Part shown: positions 11,183-20,026 of the stretch, in pieces
How the letters are laid out: the number at the start of each line of letters is the position of its first letter
How positions within the stretch are numbered: the stretch's first letter is position 1
Notes under the pieces: generated by a model
What the model saw: only the letters and a program-made list of their open reading frames with translations
What the model was told of the DNA's origin: nothing
The model's database searches: none
Program-made: the position numbers and the translations under genes
Source of the DNA: a bacterium
GTDB lineage: Bacteria; UBA8248
Assembly (NCBI GenBank): GCA_965213685.1
Contig: CBDBZY010000003.1
Span: 64,001 to 128,000, forward strand
DNA length: 64,000 nucleotides
Direction: 5' to 3'

Positions 11183-13102
11183 ATGATTTCACACGCCATC
11201 CACAAGTCGTCGGCCATCCTGCTGGCGTTCGCCCTCCTGCTCGGTGCTTCCGCCGGATCGGGGCACGCGCAGGGGAACGATTATCGCAGAGCACTCGGGG
11301 TCATCAGCGACAAGCTGCGCCAGCGGTTCCCGCATCTGCGCGGTGCGGTGGTCGCCGTCAAGGGGGGCGACCTCTACCTCAGCCTGGGCGAGAAGGACAA
11401 GGTGGCCAAAGGGGTCAAGCTCCGCGTCTATCGAGCGGGCGCGCCGTTCCGGCATCCGACCACGGGGGTTGTCCTGGGCGCACTCGAGCAGGAGATCGGC
11501 GAGGCCGAAGTCGTCGAGGTGCGCGCGAAATTCTCCATCGCGCGCATGGTCCGACTCACCCCGGGCACGGATTTGGCTCCCCGCGTCGGCGACACCGCGC
11601 GCGTGTCCTCGGAGAAGGTGCGCCTGGCGATACTGCCGTTCGTCAACCAGACGAAAGAGTCCATCAGCATGGAGGTGCTCACGAGAGAGTTGGCCCGCCA
11701 GCTCATCGGAAGCGGGCGCTTCGACGTGTTCGACGTGGATCGGCTGCAGGTCTGGCTGCTGGAGAGCGGCATCGCCAACGACGAGATTCTCCAGGGCGCG
11801 AACCCGATTCGCCTGCGCAACCAGATACGCGCCGACATGGCTCTCGAGAGCGAGGTGCGCGAAGTCCGGGGGAAGAAAATTCTCTCCACCCGTCTTTTGT
11901 CCCTCACCACGAGGAAAGAGATTTTCCGGGCCGTGTCCATCGCCGATGAATTGCCCTTTGAGCAAAGACCGCCCAAGGAGCAGGAACTCAGGCGCGGCGA
12001 TGGCGGCGGACGCGCCGGGGCGGCGAACGCGAGTTTCGTGCTGGATCGCCAGGGCGTTCCCGGTGCGGCCGGCGGCACGCGCAGCTATTTGTTTCACAGC
12101 CTCTCTTTCCGGGGGGTGTCCGTTGCGGACGTGAACAATGACGGGAAAAAAGAAGTTGTCCTCATCACTTCGGGCCAGGTGCTCGTCTATCGCCTCGAAC
12201 AAAACCGGATGCGCGAGATCGCCCGCTTCGACGAGGGGGCGGCGAACGATTTCCGGTGGCTTGACATCGCCGACATGAACGGCGACGGCGCACCCGAGTT
12301 CTACCTCGCCTCGTATCGGTCAAACGAGTTGTTCTCGATGGTGCTGCAGTTGAAGGGCCGGCAGTTCGTGCCCCTCGTCAAAAACGACAGGACGTTGTAT
12401 CGGCTACTGCAGGTCCGGCGGCCGGGGCGGGGCGCGAACGTTCCGGATTCCGAGAAGTATCTGCTCCTGGGCCAGAGGGAGGGGATCGACAAGCCCTTCG
12501 ATGGCCCCATCCGCCGCTATCGCTGGTCGGGGAGAAAGCTCGTGGCCGCCGCTCCCTACGCGCTTCCGCCGAATCTGACGATACTCGGTTTCGGCGTATG
12601 GGACATCGACAGGGATGGTGCCCTGGACGTCATCGAGGTGGGGAATGACAATCGGCTCCGGGTGTTCTCGAGGCGCGGCGAGCAGCTCTCCGCTAGTTCC
12701 GGAACCTACGGCGTGCCCGTCTATCGGTTCCGGTCCGAGGCCAATACCGAGAGCACTTACGACAGCGAGCTCGACGGGGCGGATATCCTCATACGCTCGC
12801 GCGTTCTGGTGGAGGACGTGGACGGAGACGAAGTAGAGGAGGTTTTGGTGATCCGCAACGAGCTCGCCTCCTCCTTCGTGCCGGGCCTGGGGGTTTCCGG
12901 GGGGCAGATCGTGAGCCTGATATGGGACGGGAGCGGGTTGTCCGAAACGTGGCGATCCAAGAAACTGAGTTTCGGAGTCGTGGATTTCGCCCTGGCCGAC
13001 GCTGATAATGACGGACTGCGCGATTTGGTGGTGGTGGCGTCGAACGCGGGCCCGTTCACTAGCGGGAGAAGCCGGGTTTTCTTCTACAAGATCAAAGAAT
13101 AG
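11183..13102 (+). CDS. Secreted FG-GAP/VCBS-repeat beta-propeller protein with N-terminal FlgT-C-like and CsgG/LpoB-like domains
   Basis: Signal peptide; DVNNDGKKEV, DMNGDGAPE, DIDRDGALD, DVDGDEVEE, DADNDGLRDLVV repeats; YRAGAPFRHPTTG.VLG; LAILPF.N. Confidence 0.8.
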   Translation: MISHAIHKSSAILLAFALLLGASAGSGHAQGNDYRRALGVISDKLRQRFPHLRGAVVAVKGGDLYLSLGEKDKVAKGVKLRVYRAGAPFRHPTTGVVLGALEQEIGEAEVVEVRAKFSIARMVRLTPGTDLAPRVGDTARVSSEKVRLAILPFVNQTKESISMEVLTRELARQLIGSGRFDVFDVDRLQVWLLESGIANDEILQGANPIRLRNQIRADMALESEVREVRGKKILSTRLLSLTTRKEIFRAVSIADELPFEQRPPKEQELRRGDGGGRAGAANASFVLDRQGVPGAAGGTRSYLFHSLSFRGVSVADVNNDGKKEVVLITSGQVLVYRLEQNRMREIARFDEGAANDFRWLDIADMNGDGAPEFYLASYRSNELFSMVLQLKGRQFVPLVKNDRTLYRLLQVRRPGRGANVPDSEKYLLLGQREGIDKPFDGPIRRYRWSGRKLVAAAPYALPPNLTILGFGVWDIDRDGALDVIEVGNDNRLRVFSRRGEQLSASSGTYGVPVYRFRSEANTESTYDSELDGADILIRSRVLVEDVDGDEVEEVLVIRNELASSFVPGLGVSGGQIVSLIWDGSGLSETWRSKKLSFGVVDFALADADNDGLRDLVVVASNAGPFTSGRSRVFFYKIKE

Positions 13103-13140
13103 GCTTTCCGTTCCGGAAGCGACGCCTTTTCGGCTCGGCC

Positions 13141-13671
13141 TTACGGCAGGAGTTTTATCAGGGCGACGATCGCTGCCACGATACCGCCGGACAAAACCAG
13201 CGCCCCCTGGTACATCTCCGTGCGCAATTTGGCGATTTCGCCTTTCATGTCGGCCCGCAGCGCAACCCCGGAATTGGCGATTTCGGTCTTTACTTCTGCG
13301 ATTTCGGCGCGCAGCGCGGTGCTGGCTTCTGCGATGTCGGCCTTGGTGGAGTTTCGGAGTTCCGCGATTTCGGTCTTTACTTCTGCAATTTCGGAGCGCA
13401 GTGTGGCGCTGGCTTCTGCGATGTCGGCGCGCAGCGCGGTGCTGGCTTCTGCGATGTCGGCCTTGGTGGAGTTTCGGAGTTCCGCGACTTCGGTCTTTAC
13501 TTCTGCAATTTCGGCGCGCAGTGCGGTGCTGGCTTCCGCGATATCGGCCTTGGTGGCCACGTTCTCCGCGATGGCGTCCCGCACCGTGATGACGACGGCT
13601 TCCGCCTGGGCTTCTTCGAACCCGGATTCTTTAAGCAGCTTCGTCGCCTGGAGCGTGTCGAATGCGGGCAT
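13141..13671 (-). CDS. DUF1640/CCDC90-like membrane-anchored coiled-coil protein (paralog 1)
   Basis: Head FDTL.ATK.LKESGF.EAQAEAVV, neck ATKADI, repetitive stalk, C-terminal TM helix ending LIKLLP. Confidence 0.88.
   Translation of the reverse strand: MPAFDTLQATKLLKESGFEEAQAEAVVITVRDAIAENVATKADIAEASTALRAEIAEVKTEVAELRNSTKADIAEASTALRADIAEASATLRSEIAEVKTEIAELRNSTKADIAEASTALRAEIAEVKTEIANSGVALRADMKGEIAKLRTEMYQGALVLSGGIVAAIVALIKLLP
13260..13560 (-). repeat. Intragenic tandem coiled-coil repeats (KADIAEASTALR / AEIAEVKTE units)
   Basis: Near-identical nucleotide blocks such as gcggtgctggcttctgcgatgtcggccttggtggagtttcggagttccgcga recur. Confidence 0.85.
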
Positions 13672-13701
13672 GGCGTCCTCTCCCGATAGGCGTCGTCCAC
13701 G

Positions 13702-13731
13702 AGTATAGCCCAAGGGCGCTCGCGGGCGCAA
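13702..13731 (-). promoter_or_regulatory. Putative sigma70 promoter of DUF1640 paralog 1
   Basis: Minus strand TTGCGC-N18-TATACT; the same boxes occur upstream of paralog 2. Confidence 0.6.
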
Positions 13732-13975
13732 GTTCTCGCTTTCAGGGTAGGTAGGGGTGGGGTGGTTTCGCGTCATTCGGCAAGAGTCATCCCGACCGGC
13801 CGGGCGCACCGCTCCTGTCCGTACCCTGCGAGGAGCCGCCGGCGGCGAAAATTTGCCGTCTCCCGTCCCGCCCAAGCCTCATGCGGGCGGCGAAACGCCA
13901 GCCAGCTCCAACCCCCGCATTTCCTCCTCCGATCCGTTTTCAGGGCGATTCGCGCGGGGGACGATAATTTTTCCG

Positions 13976-14005
13976 TTGACAAAAAACGGAGTTTTCGTCT
14001 ATTCT
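13976..14005 (+). promoter_or_regulatory. Putative sigma70 promoter of the porin gene
   Basis: TTGACA-N18-TATTCT in an AT-rich patch. Confidence 0.55.
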
Positions 14006-14233
14006 CTCTTGCTATGTAGCATTATGACTCTATGGGGCGTTCCAGGGATGTCTTGGCCGGGAGAGTCTCCGGTCCATTCCCGGAACCTTGTCGCCGGGCA
14101 GGGCGGCCACGCGAGAGGAGGTGATGCAAGAGGAGAGAGGCGATCCCTGCGGTAAAGAGGCAAGTTCGTAACGAGGGAAACACACAGGAATGCGGCAACA
14201 CTTTTTTGAAACCTCTTGCGAGGAGAATCTCTG

Positions 14234-15628
14234 ATGAAGAAATTTCTGCTAGCTTTGTTTGCGCTGGCGCTCGTCGTGGCGTTTACCGCACCGGCGTATG
14301 CGGCGGCCGACTTCCGCTTCTCCGGCTTCTTCCGGATGCGCGGCGTCACCTCGGACAACGAGGATCGCAACGAGGACGCGGGCAGCGGCAAACAGTACTT
14401 CGACGCCTTGACCCGTCCGCGCTTCACGGCCAAGACCAACGGCGGCAAAATCATGGCCCTGTATGAATTGGACTGGACGAGCGCGAACAACGGCTTCGAC
14501 CTCACTGGCCGGCACGCGGTGGGCACGAACCGCTGGGTGGTGGATTTCGTCATTCCGGGAAGCGCGTTCCGCTTCCGCTGGGGTCGGACGGATTACGTCT
14601 CGCCCGACAAGGAAATCTTCGACAGCAGCGGCCGTTCCCGTAACGCGGGCTACGCGGTGTATGGCAAAATCGCCAACAACCTCTCGCTCAGCGCGTTCAA
14701 CACTGTGCGGAGAAACGACAAGACTGATGCGTCCGATGACGCGGACAACTATCTCGTGGCGCTGGGCTGGAAGGCGGCGCCCAACATCACGCTGTCGCCC
14801 TGGATCGCCAACTCCCGCGACAGCAGTGCGAGCGGCTATGACATGTGGTACACTGCCCTGACCGCCAAGGCGAAGGTGGGCATCGTGAGCATCAACGCCA
14901 CGGGCGTCTTCCAGAACGGCGACGTCGCCAAAGACATCGACCTCTCGGCCTGGGGCTTTCTGCTGAGAACCACGTTCGGCCTCGGCAAGCTGAAGCTCAT
15001 GGCGAACGCCACGATGCTCACGGGCGAGGACAGCAACTACGTCCTGCCGGCGGGGACAGAACGAAATGACGTGGGGCACCAGTCCATGCTGGCCGACAAG
15101 GAGCTCAACCGCTTCACGTTCCCGAGTCTCGGCGGGGTAGGCTGGGTATTCGGTCCCCACATCATGACCTCGCGTCGCTGGACGACGACGGGCAACTCCG
15201 TCCGCAACGTGACCTTGAGCGGCAACGGCCGGACCACGCAGCTGAACGGCGCGGCGATGATCGAGGGGCTGTTCGAGTACAAGGTCAGCAAGACGTTCAC
15301 GATCGGCGGCGGCCTGTCCTTCATCCAGTCGGCGGAAGCGGTGTCCAAGGTGTGCTGGGACGGCGTCGCGGCCGGTGACGACATGGAGGGCGTGGCAGTG
15401 GACGGCGATTGCCACGCAAACGAGAAGGTGGACGACGACGACCTCTACGATGACTCCAAGGACTTCGGCACGGAGTTCAACCTTGGCTTCAAGTGGAAGC
15501 TCTACCCGAACCTCGAGCTGCGCACGGTGGCCGCGTACCTGTTCGCGGGCGACTACGGCAAGAAGATGGGTGACAAGGACTTCGACGACACCTGGGTGGT
15601 CGCTTGGACGATGCGTCACACCTTCTAG
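14234..15628 (+). CDS. Outer-membrane beta-barrel porin (probable major outer membrane protein)
   Basis: Sec signal MKKFLLAL...PAYAA, amphipathic beta-strands, DFGTEFNLGFKWKLYPNL, C-terminal Phe; own promoter and terminator. Confidence 0.8.
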   Translation: MKKFLLALFALALVVAFTAPAYAAADFRFSGFFRMRGVTSDNEDRNEDAGSGKQYFDALTRPRFTAKTNGGKIMALYELDWTSANNGFDLTGRHAVGTNRWVVDFVIPGSAFRFRWGRTDYVSPDKEIFDSSGRSRNAGYAVYGKIANNLSLSAFNTVRRNDKTDASDDADNYLVALGWKAAPNITLSPWIANSRDSSASGYDMWYTALTAKAKVGIVSINATGVFQNGDVAKDIDLSAWGFLLRTTFGLGKLKLMANATMLTGEDSNYVLPAGTERNDVGHQSMLADKELNRFTFPSLGGVGWVFGPHIMTSRRWTTTGNSVRNVTLSGNGRTTQLNGAAMIEGLFEYKVSKTFTIGGGLSFIQSAEAVSKVCWDGVAAGDDMEGVAVDGDCHANEKVDDDDLYDDSKDFGTEFNLGFKWKLYPNLELRTVAAYLFAGDYGKKMGDKDFDDTWVVAWTMRHTF

Positions 15629-15671
15629 CGTGAGGCGCATTCGCGTTCCGTCTGCATGAGGCGGACGACGG

Positions 15672-15701
15672 ACCGGGGGGCTTCGGCCCCCCGGTTTTTT
15701 T
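15672..15701 (+). terminator. Rho-independent terminator after the porin
   Basis: ACCGGGGGGC-TTCG-GCCCCCCGGT hairpin followed by a T run. Confidence 0.92.
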
Positions 15702-15889
15702 GTGGCGGACGACGCGGAGGCGCGTGGCGTCGCCGCCGGAGCCAGGTCGCGCCCCCTCTCGTCTATCCGGCCCCCCTCTATCCGCCGCCGGCTCTGCCGG
15801 GCGAAGCGGTGAAAACGCCGTCATCATCCCAGAGAGACGGGGGGAGCCGGAGCTGCAGGGACGCTCTTCGGCGGCCAGTGCGGGGATAA

Positions 15890-15927
15890 TGGCTCCCGCT
15901 CATATGGTTTCGTTATCGCACGGATTT
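15890..15927 (+). repeat. Imperfect direct repeat, copy 1 (flanks DUF1640 paralog 2)
   Basis: tggctcccgctcatatggtttcgttatcgcacggattt; copy 2 at 17022-17058. Confidence 0.8.
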
Positions 15928-15989
15928 TTTCGCTGGGAGGGAGAGGAATCGGGTTTCGAGCGAGTGGGGGGGAGGCGCCGCTTTTGTTC

Positions 15990-16886
15990 CTAGGGCAGCA
16001 GTTTTATCAGGGTGACGGTCAAACTCACGACCAGACTCACGATGCCGGCGGACAGATATAGTGCCCCCCGGTACATGTCCGTGCGCAACCCGGCGATATC
16101 GGTCTTGATCTCTGTGCGCAACTCGGCGATATCGGTCTTGAATTCCGCGCGCAGTTCAGCGATATCGGCTTTGGTTTCACTGCGCAGTTCGGCGAAATCA
16201 TTGCGCAGCCCGGAGAATTCGACCTGGAGTTGGGCGAACTCGCCGCGCAGTTCAGCGATATCGGCCTTGATTTCGTTGCGCAGTTCGGCGAAATCATTGC
16301 GCATCCCGGAGAAGTCGGCCTGGAGTTGGGCGAATTCGCCGCGCAGTTCAGCGATATCGGCCTTGGTTTCATTGCGCAGCTGCGAGAAGTCGGCCTGGAG
16401 TCGGGAGAACTCGCTGCGCAGCTCCGAGAACTCGGCCTGGAGTTGGGCGAACTCGCCGCGCAGCTGCGAGAACTCGGACTGGATTTGGGCGAACTCGCCG
16501 CGCAGCTCCGAGAACTCGGCCTGGAGTTGGGCGAATTCGCCGCGCAGTTCAGCGATATCGGCCTTGGTTTCATTGCGCAGTTCGGCGAAATCATTGCGCA
16601 TCCCGGAGAAGTCGGACTGGAGTCGGGAGAATTCGCCACGCAGCTGCGAGAAGTCGGTCTGGAGTTGGGAGAACTCGCCACGCAGCTCCGAGAAGTCTGT
16701 CTGGATTTGGGCGAATTCGCCGCGCAGCCCGGAGAACTCGCCGCTGAGTTCGGCGAATTCGGTCTTCGTGGCGAGATTCTCGCCGACCGCATCCCGCACC
16801 GTGCTGACGACGGCTTCCGCCTGGGTCTCCTCGAACCCGGATTCCTTGAGCAGCTTCGTCGCCTTGAGGGTATCGAATGCGAACAT
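15990..16886 (-). CDS. DUF1640/CCDC90-like membrane-anchored coiled-coil protein with long stalk (paralog 2)
   Basis: MFAFDTLKATKLLKESGFEETQAEAVV head, LATK neck, many ELRGEFAQLQ.DFS / ELRNETKADIA repeats, TM ending LIKLLP. Confidence 0.88.
   Translation of the reverse strand: MFAFDTLKATKLLKESGFEETQAEAVVSTVRDAVGENLATKTEFAELSGEFSGLRGEFAQIQTDFSELRGEFSQLQTDFSQLRGEFSRLQSDFSGMRNDFAELRNETKADIAELRGEFAQLQAEFSELRGEFAQIQSEFSQLRGEFAQLQAEFSELRSEFSRLQADFSQLRNETKADIAELRGEFAQLQADFSGMRNDFAELRNEIKADIAELRGEFAQLQVEFSGLRNDFAELRSETKADIAELRAEFKTDIAELRTEIKTDIAGLRTDMYRGALYLSAGIVSLVVSLTVTLIKLLP
16080..16760 (-). repeat. Intragenic heptad/hendecad tandem repeats (21-, 33- and 42-bp units)
   Basis: Recurrent gcgcagttcagcgatatcggccttggtttcattgcgcag and tggagttgggcgaactcgccgcgcag blocks. 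Confidence 0.88.
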
Positions 16887-16915
16887 CGGGTTTCCTCCTC
16901 CCGTTGGCGTTGCCC

Positions 16916-16945
16916 AGTATAGCCCCAAAGTTCTCGCCCGCGCAA
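16916..16945 (-). promoter_or_regulatory. Putative sigma70 promoter of DUF1640 paralog 2
   Basis: Minus strand TTGCGC-N18-TATACT, conserved with paralog 1. Confidence 0.6.
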
Positions 16946-17021
16946 ATCGCCGTTTCGGGAGGGGTTGGCCGGGTCGGCGAGACATTCTTTCTGTGGAGGC
17001 GGCGCGCTCCCCCGCGCGGGC

Positions 17022-17058
17022 TGGTTCCGGCTCACATGGTTTCGTTTCGCACGGATTT
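17022..17058 (+). repeat. Imperfect direct repeat, copy 2
   Basis: tggttccggctcacatggtttcgtttcgcacggattt; 3 substitutions and 1 indel relative to copy 1. Confidence 0.8.
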
Positions 17059-17260
17059 GGCAGGCGCGCGACGGGCCTGGGAGTATGGTTGCCGGACCGC
17101 TTTCCGGGTTCCGCTTTTCGGACGAGGTCTGTTGACAGGTTTCCCGGGGAATGGGATATACCATCCGGCGGCTGGCGGATGCGCAGGTTCGCCCCTACGG
17201 GAGGTTGTTCCCCTGCCACTGACTGTGTGAGGGCGAGAGAGGCTGAGGAGAGAACGAACG

Positions 17261-18421
17261 ATGGCGAACAAGCGCCGCCTCATGGCTCCTGGCCCCACGC
17301 CGGTGCCCCACCGGGTGCTCGAGGCCATGGCGCGGCCCCTGATTCACCACCGGACGCGGGAGTTCGAGATGCGTTTCGAGGACGTGCGCCGGGGGCTGGG
17401 CTGGCTTTTCCAGACGAGCGGCGACGTCATCACCCTCGCCGCCTCGGGTTCGGGCGGCATGGAGGCGGCGGTGGCGAACCTGCTCTCCCCCGGCGATTCC
17501 GCCCTCATCGTCGAGGGCGGCAAGTTCGGGGAGCGCTGGACGGAGATTTGCGCGGCCTATGGCGTCGAGGCGGACGTCCTGAAGGTCGAATGGGGTCGCT
17601 CGGTGGATGTCGATGCGTTCGAGGCGCGCCTGGCGCGGGGAGGACACCAGGCCGTCCTCATGCAGGCGAGCGAGACTTCCACCGGCGCGAAGCATGACGC
17701 GCGGGAGATCGGGCGGGTCGTCCGCGAGCGATCTCCGGAGACGCTCGTGGTCGTGGACGCCATCACCGCGTTGGGCGTGTATGACCTCGGAGCCGAGGAA
17801 TGGGGGCTGGACGCCGTGATCACAGGCAGCCAGAAGGCGCTCATGCTGCCGCCGGGGCTGGCCTTCGTGTGGCTGAGCGCGCGCGCGTGGCGGGCGGCCG
17901 CGGCGACCCAATCGCCCCGGTATTATTTCGACCTGGCGCTCGAGCGGAAGAGCCAGAGAAAGAACACCACGGCGTGGACGCCGGCGATTTCCCTGATGGC
18001 GGGACTGGGCGCCGCGCTTGAGATGATGCGCGAGGAGGGGCTCGCGAACATATTCGCGCGTCACGCGCTTCTGGCGGAGGCGACCGGGGCGGCCGTCCAG
18101 GCCCTGGGGCTGGAGATATTTCCCCAGGACCTCAGGAGCGAGGCGCTCACCGCCGTTCGCGTCCCCGAGGGAATCGACGGCAAGGAGATTCCCCGCCGGA
18201 TGGAGGACGCGCACGGGGTGACCATCGCCGGCGGGCAGGGCGGCCTGGGCGGCAGGATTTTCCGGATCGGGCACCTGGGCCATGTGGACTCCTCCGACGT
18301 GCTGGCGGCGGTCGGCGCCCTGGAGTCCACCCTCGCCGACCTGGGATATGCCCTGGAGAAAGGGCGCGGCCTCGCGGCGGCGCAAGAGGTGCTGGCGGCG
18401 CAAGAGGTGCTGGAAAAGTGA
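17261..18421 (+). CDS. Class V PLP aminotransferase (alanine-glyoxylate/serine-pyruvate family; probable phosphoserine aminotransferase given the serA linkage)
   Basis: LMAPGPTPVP, ETSTG, VVDAI, GSQKALMLPPGL, FRIGHLG. Confidence 0.9.
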   Translation: MANKRRLMAPGPTPVPHRVLEAMARPLIHHRTREFEMRFEDVRRGLGWLFQTSGDVITLAASGSGGMEAAVANLLSPGDSALIVEGGKFGERWTEICAAYGVEADVLKVEWGRSVDVDAFEARLARGGHQAVLMQASETSTGAKHDAREIGRVVRERSPETLVVVDAITALGVYDLGAEEWGLDAVITGSQKALMLPPGLAFVWLSARAWRAAAATQSPRYYFDLALERKSQRKNTTAWTPAISLMAGLGAALEMMREEGLANIFARHALLAEATGAAVQALGLEIFPQDLRSEALTAVRVPEGIDGKEIPRRMEDAHGVTIAGGQGGLGGRIFRIGHLGHVDSSDVLAAVGALESTLADLGYALEKGRGLAAAQEVLAAQEVLEK

Positions 18422-20026
18422 GGGAAACGCATCGCGTTCTGATTTGCGAGCCCCTCTCCCCCCGGGCGGAGGAGATACTCGGGGCACGGGACGGCTTCGA
18501 GGTGCGCAGCCGCGTCTTCGAGGCGCGCGCGGAGCTGCTCGACGCCGTCAAAACGGCGGATGCGCTCATCGTGCGGAGCGGCACGCGGGTGGACAAGGAG
18601 CTGCTGGAGGCCGGGGACGCGCTCAAGATTGTCGCGCGCGCGGGCATCGGCGTGGACAACGTGGACCTCGAGGCCGCCAGCGTGCGCGGGGTTCTGGTGG
18701 TGAACGCCCCCGATGGCAACGTCATCACCACGGCGGAGCATACCATCGCCATGATGTTCGCCCTGGCGCGCAAGATTCCCTCCGCCGTCTCCTCGCTCCA
18801 GCAGGGGAGGTGGGAGCGGAGCCGCTTCGTGGGGAGCGAGCTCTCCTCCAAGACCCTGGGCGTCGTGGGCATGGGGCGCGTGGGCTCGCAGACGGCGGCG
18901 TTCGCCCGCAGCCTGGGCATGAACGTCATCGCCCACGATCCCTACATCGCCGAGGAGGTGCTCTCGAAGCGGGGCGTGAGTCCCGTGGGCTTCGGGGAAC
19001 TCCTGGAGAGGGCGGACTACATCACCCTGCACGTGCCGGGAACCGCTGAAACCGGAAATCTCATCGGCGCGGCGGAAATCGCCCGGATGCGCGATGGCGT
19101 TCGCCTCATCAACTGCGCGCGCGGGGGGCTGATAGACGAGGCGGCCCTGGCCGAGGCGCTCGACAGCGGGAAGGTCGCGGGCGCCGCGGTGGACGTGTAC
19201 GCCCAGGAGCCGCCGGGGACGGACGGCCCGCTCATCGGGCGCGACGACGTCGTCTGCACGCCCCACCTGGGCGCGTCGACCACGGAGGCGCAGGAGAACG
19301 TGGCGATCAGCGTGGCGGAGCAGGTGGTGGCGTATCTGACGGAGGGCGCGGTGCGGCACGCCGTGAACCTGCCGGCGCTGGGGCCCGAGGCGCTGGAGCA
19401 AATCGGCCCCCACCTCGAGCTGGCCGACCGCCTGGGCGATTTTCTGGCCCAGCTCGCCGAGGGGGGATTGCAGGCGATAGAGGTGGTCTATGGCGGGGCG
19501 CTCGATATGCCCATGAAGGCGCTGGCCGCAGCGGCGCTCAAGGGGGGTGCTGGGCCATTTCCTGGCGGGCGCGCGCGTGAACATGGTGAACGGCCTCCTG
19601 CTTGCGAAGGAGCGCGGGATCGAGGTGGAGACGACGGTGCGCTCGGAGAACCTCCTCTACACGGACCTGGTCGAGCTGCGCGTGAAAACCGACGCGGGCG
19701 AGCGCTCCGTGGCGGGCACGTTTTTCAGAAAGGACGAGCCGCGGATTGTGCGGATTGACGACTTCTCCGTCGACGTGGCCCTCGCCGGTTATCTCCTCGT
19801 GTTCCGGAACGACGATCGCCCCGGGCTGATCGGCAGAATCGGCACGCTGCTCGGAAGCCACAACATCAACATCGCCGGGATGCAGCTCGGAAGGATGCGG
19901 AAGCACGCCGTCGCCGTCGCCGTCCTGACGCTGGACGATCCCGTGCCCGAGTGCGTCATGAAGGAGGTGCGGGCCATTCCCAACATGTATGACGCCCAGC
20001 TGGTCAAGCTGGTGTCCCCATCATGA
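18418..20026 (+). CDS. serA: D-3-phosphoglycerate dehydrogenase (apparent +1 frameshift in the G6 run at 19542-19547)
   Basis: RAGIGVDNVD, GMGRVG, NCARGG, TPHLGASTTEAQ; ASB/ACT domains (DRPGLIG, NINIAGMQLGR) continue in ORF 19547-20026. Confidence 0.93.

Noticed and set aside
13260-16760. Repeat arrays that could look like CRISPR or diversity-generating retroelement repeats
   Set aside because: Unit lengths are multiples of 3 inside coiled-coil ORFs, there are no unique spacers or adenine-specific variation, and no cas or reverse transcriptase gene is in the window.
17132-17260. Possible glycine or ZTP riboswitch before the aminotransferase-serA operon
   Set aside because: There is a TTGACA box and a TCGCCC/GGGCGA stem, but no consensus aptamer nucleotides.
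18375-18412. 18-bp tandem duplication (AAQEVL twice) at the aminotransferase 3' end
   Set aside because: A small in-frame slippage with no evident functional consequence.
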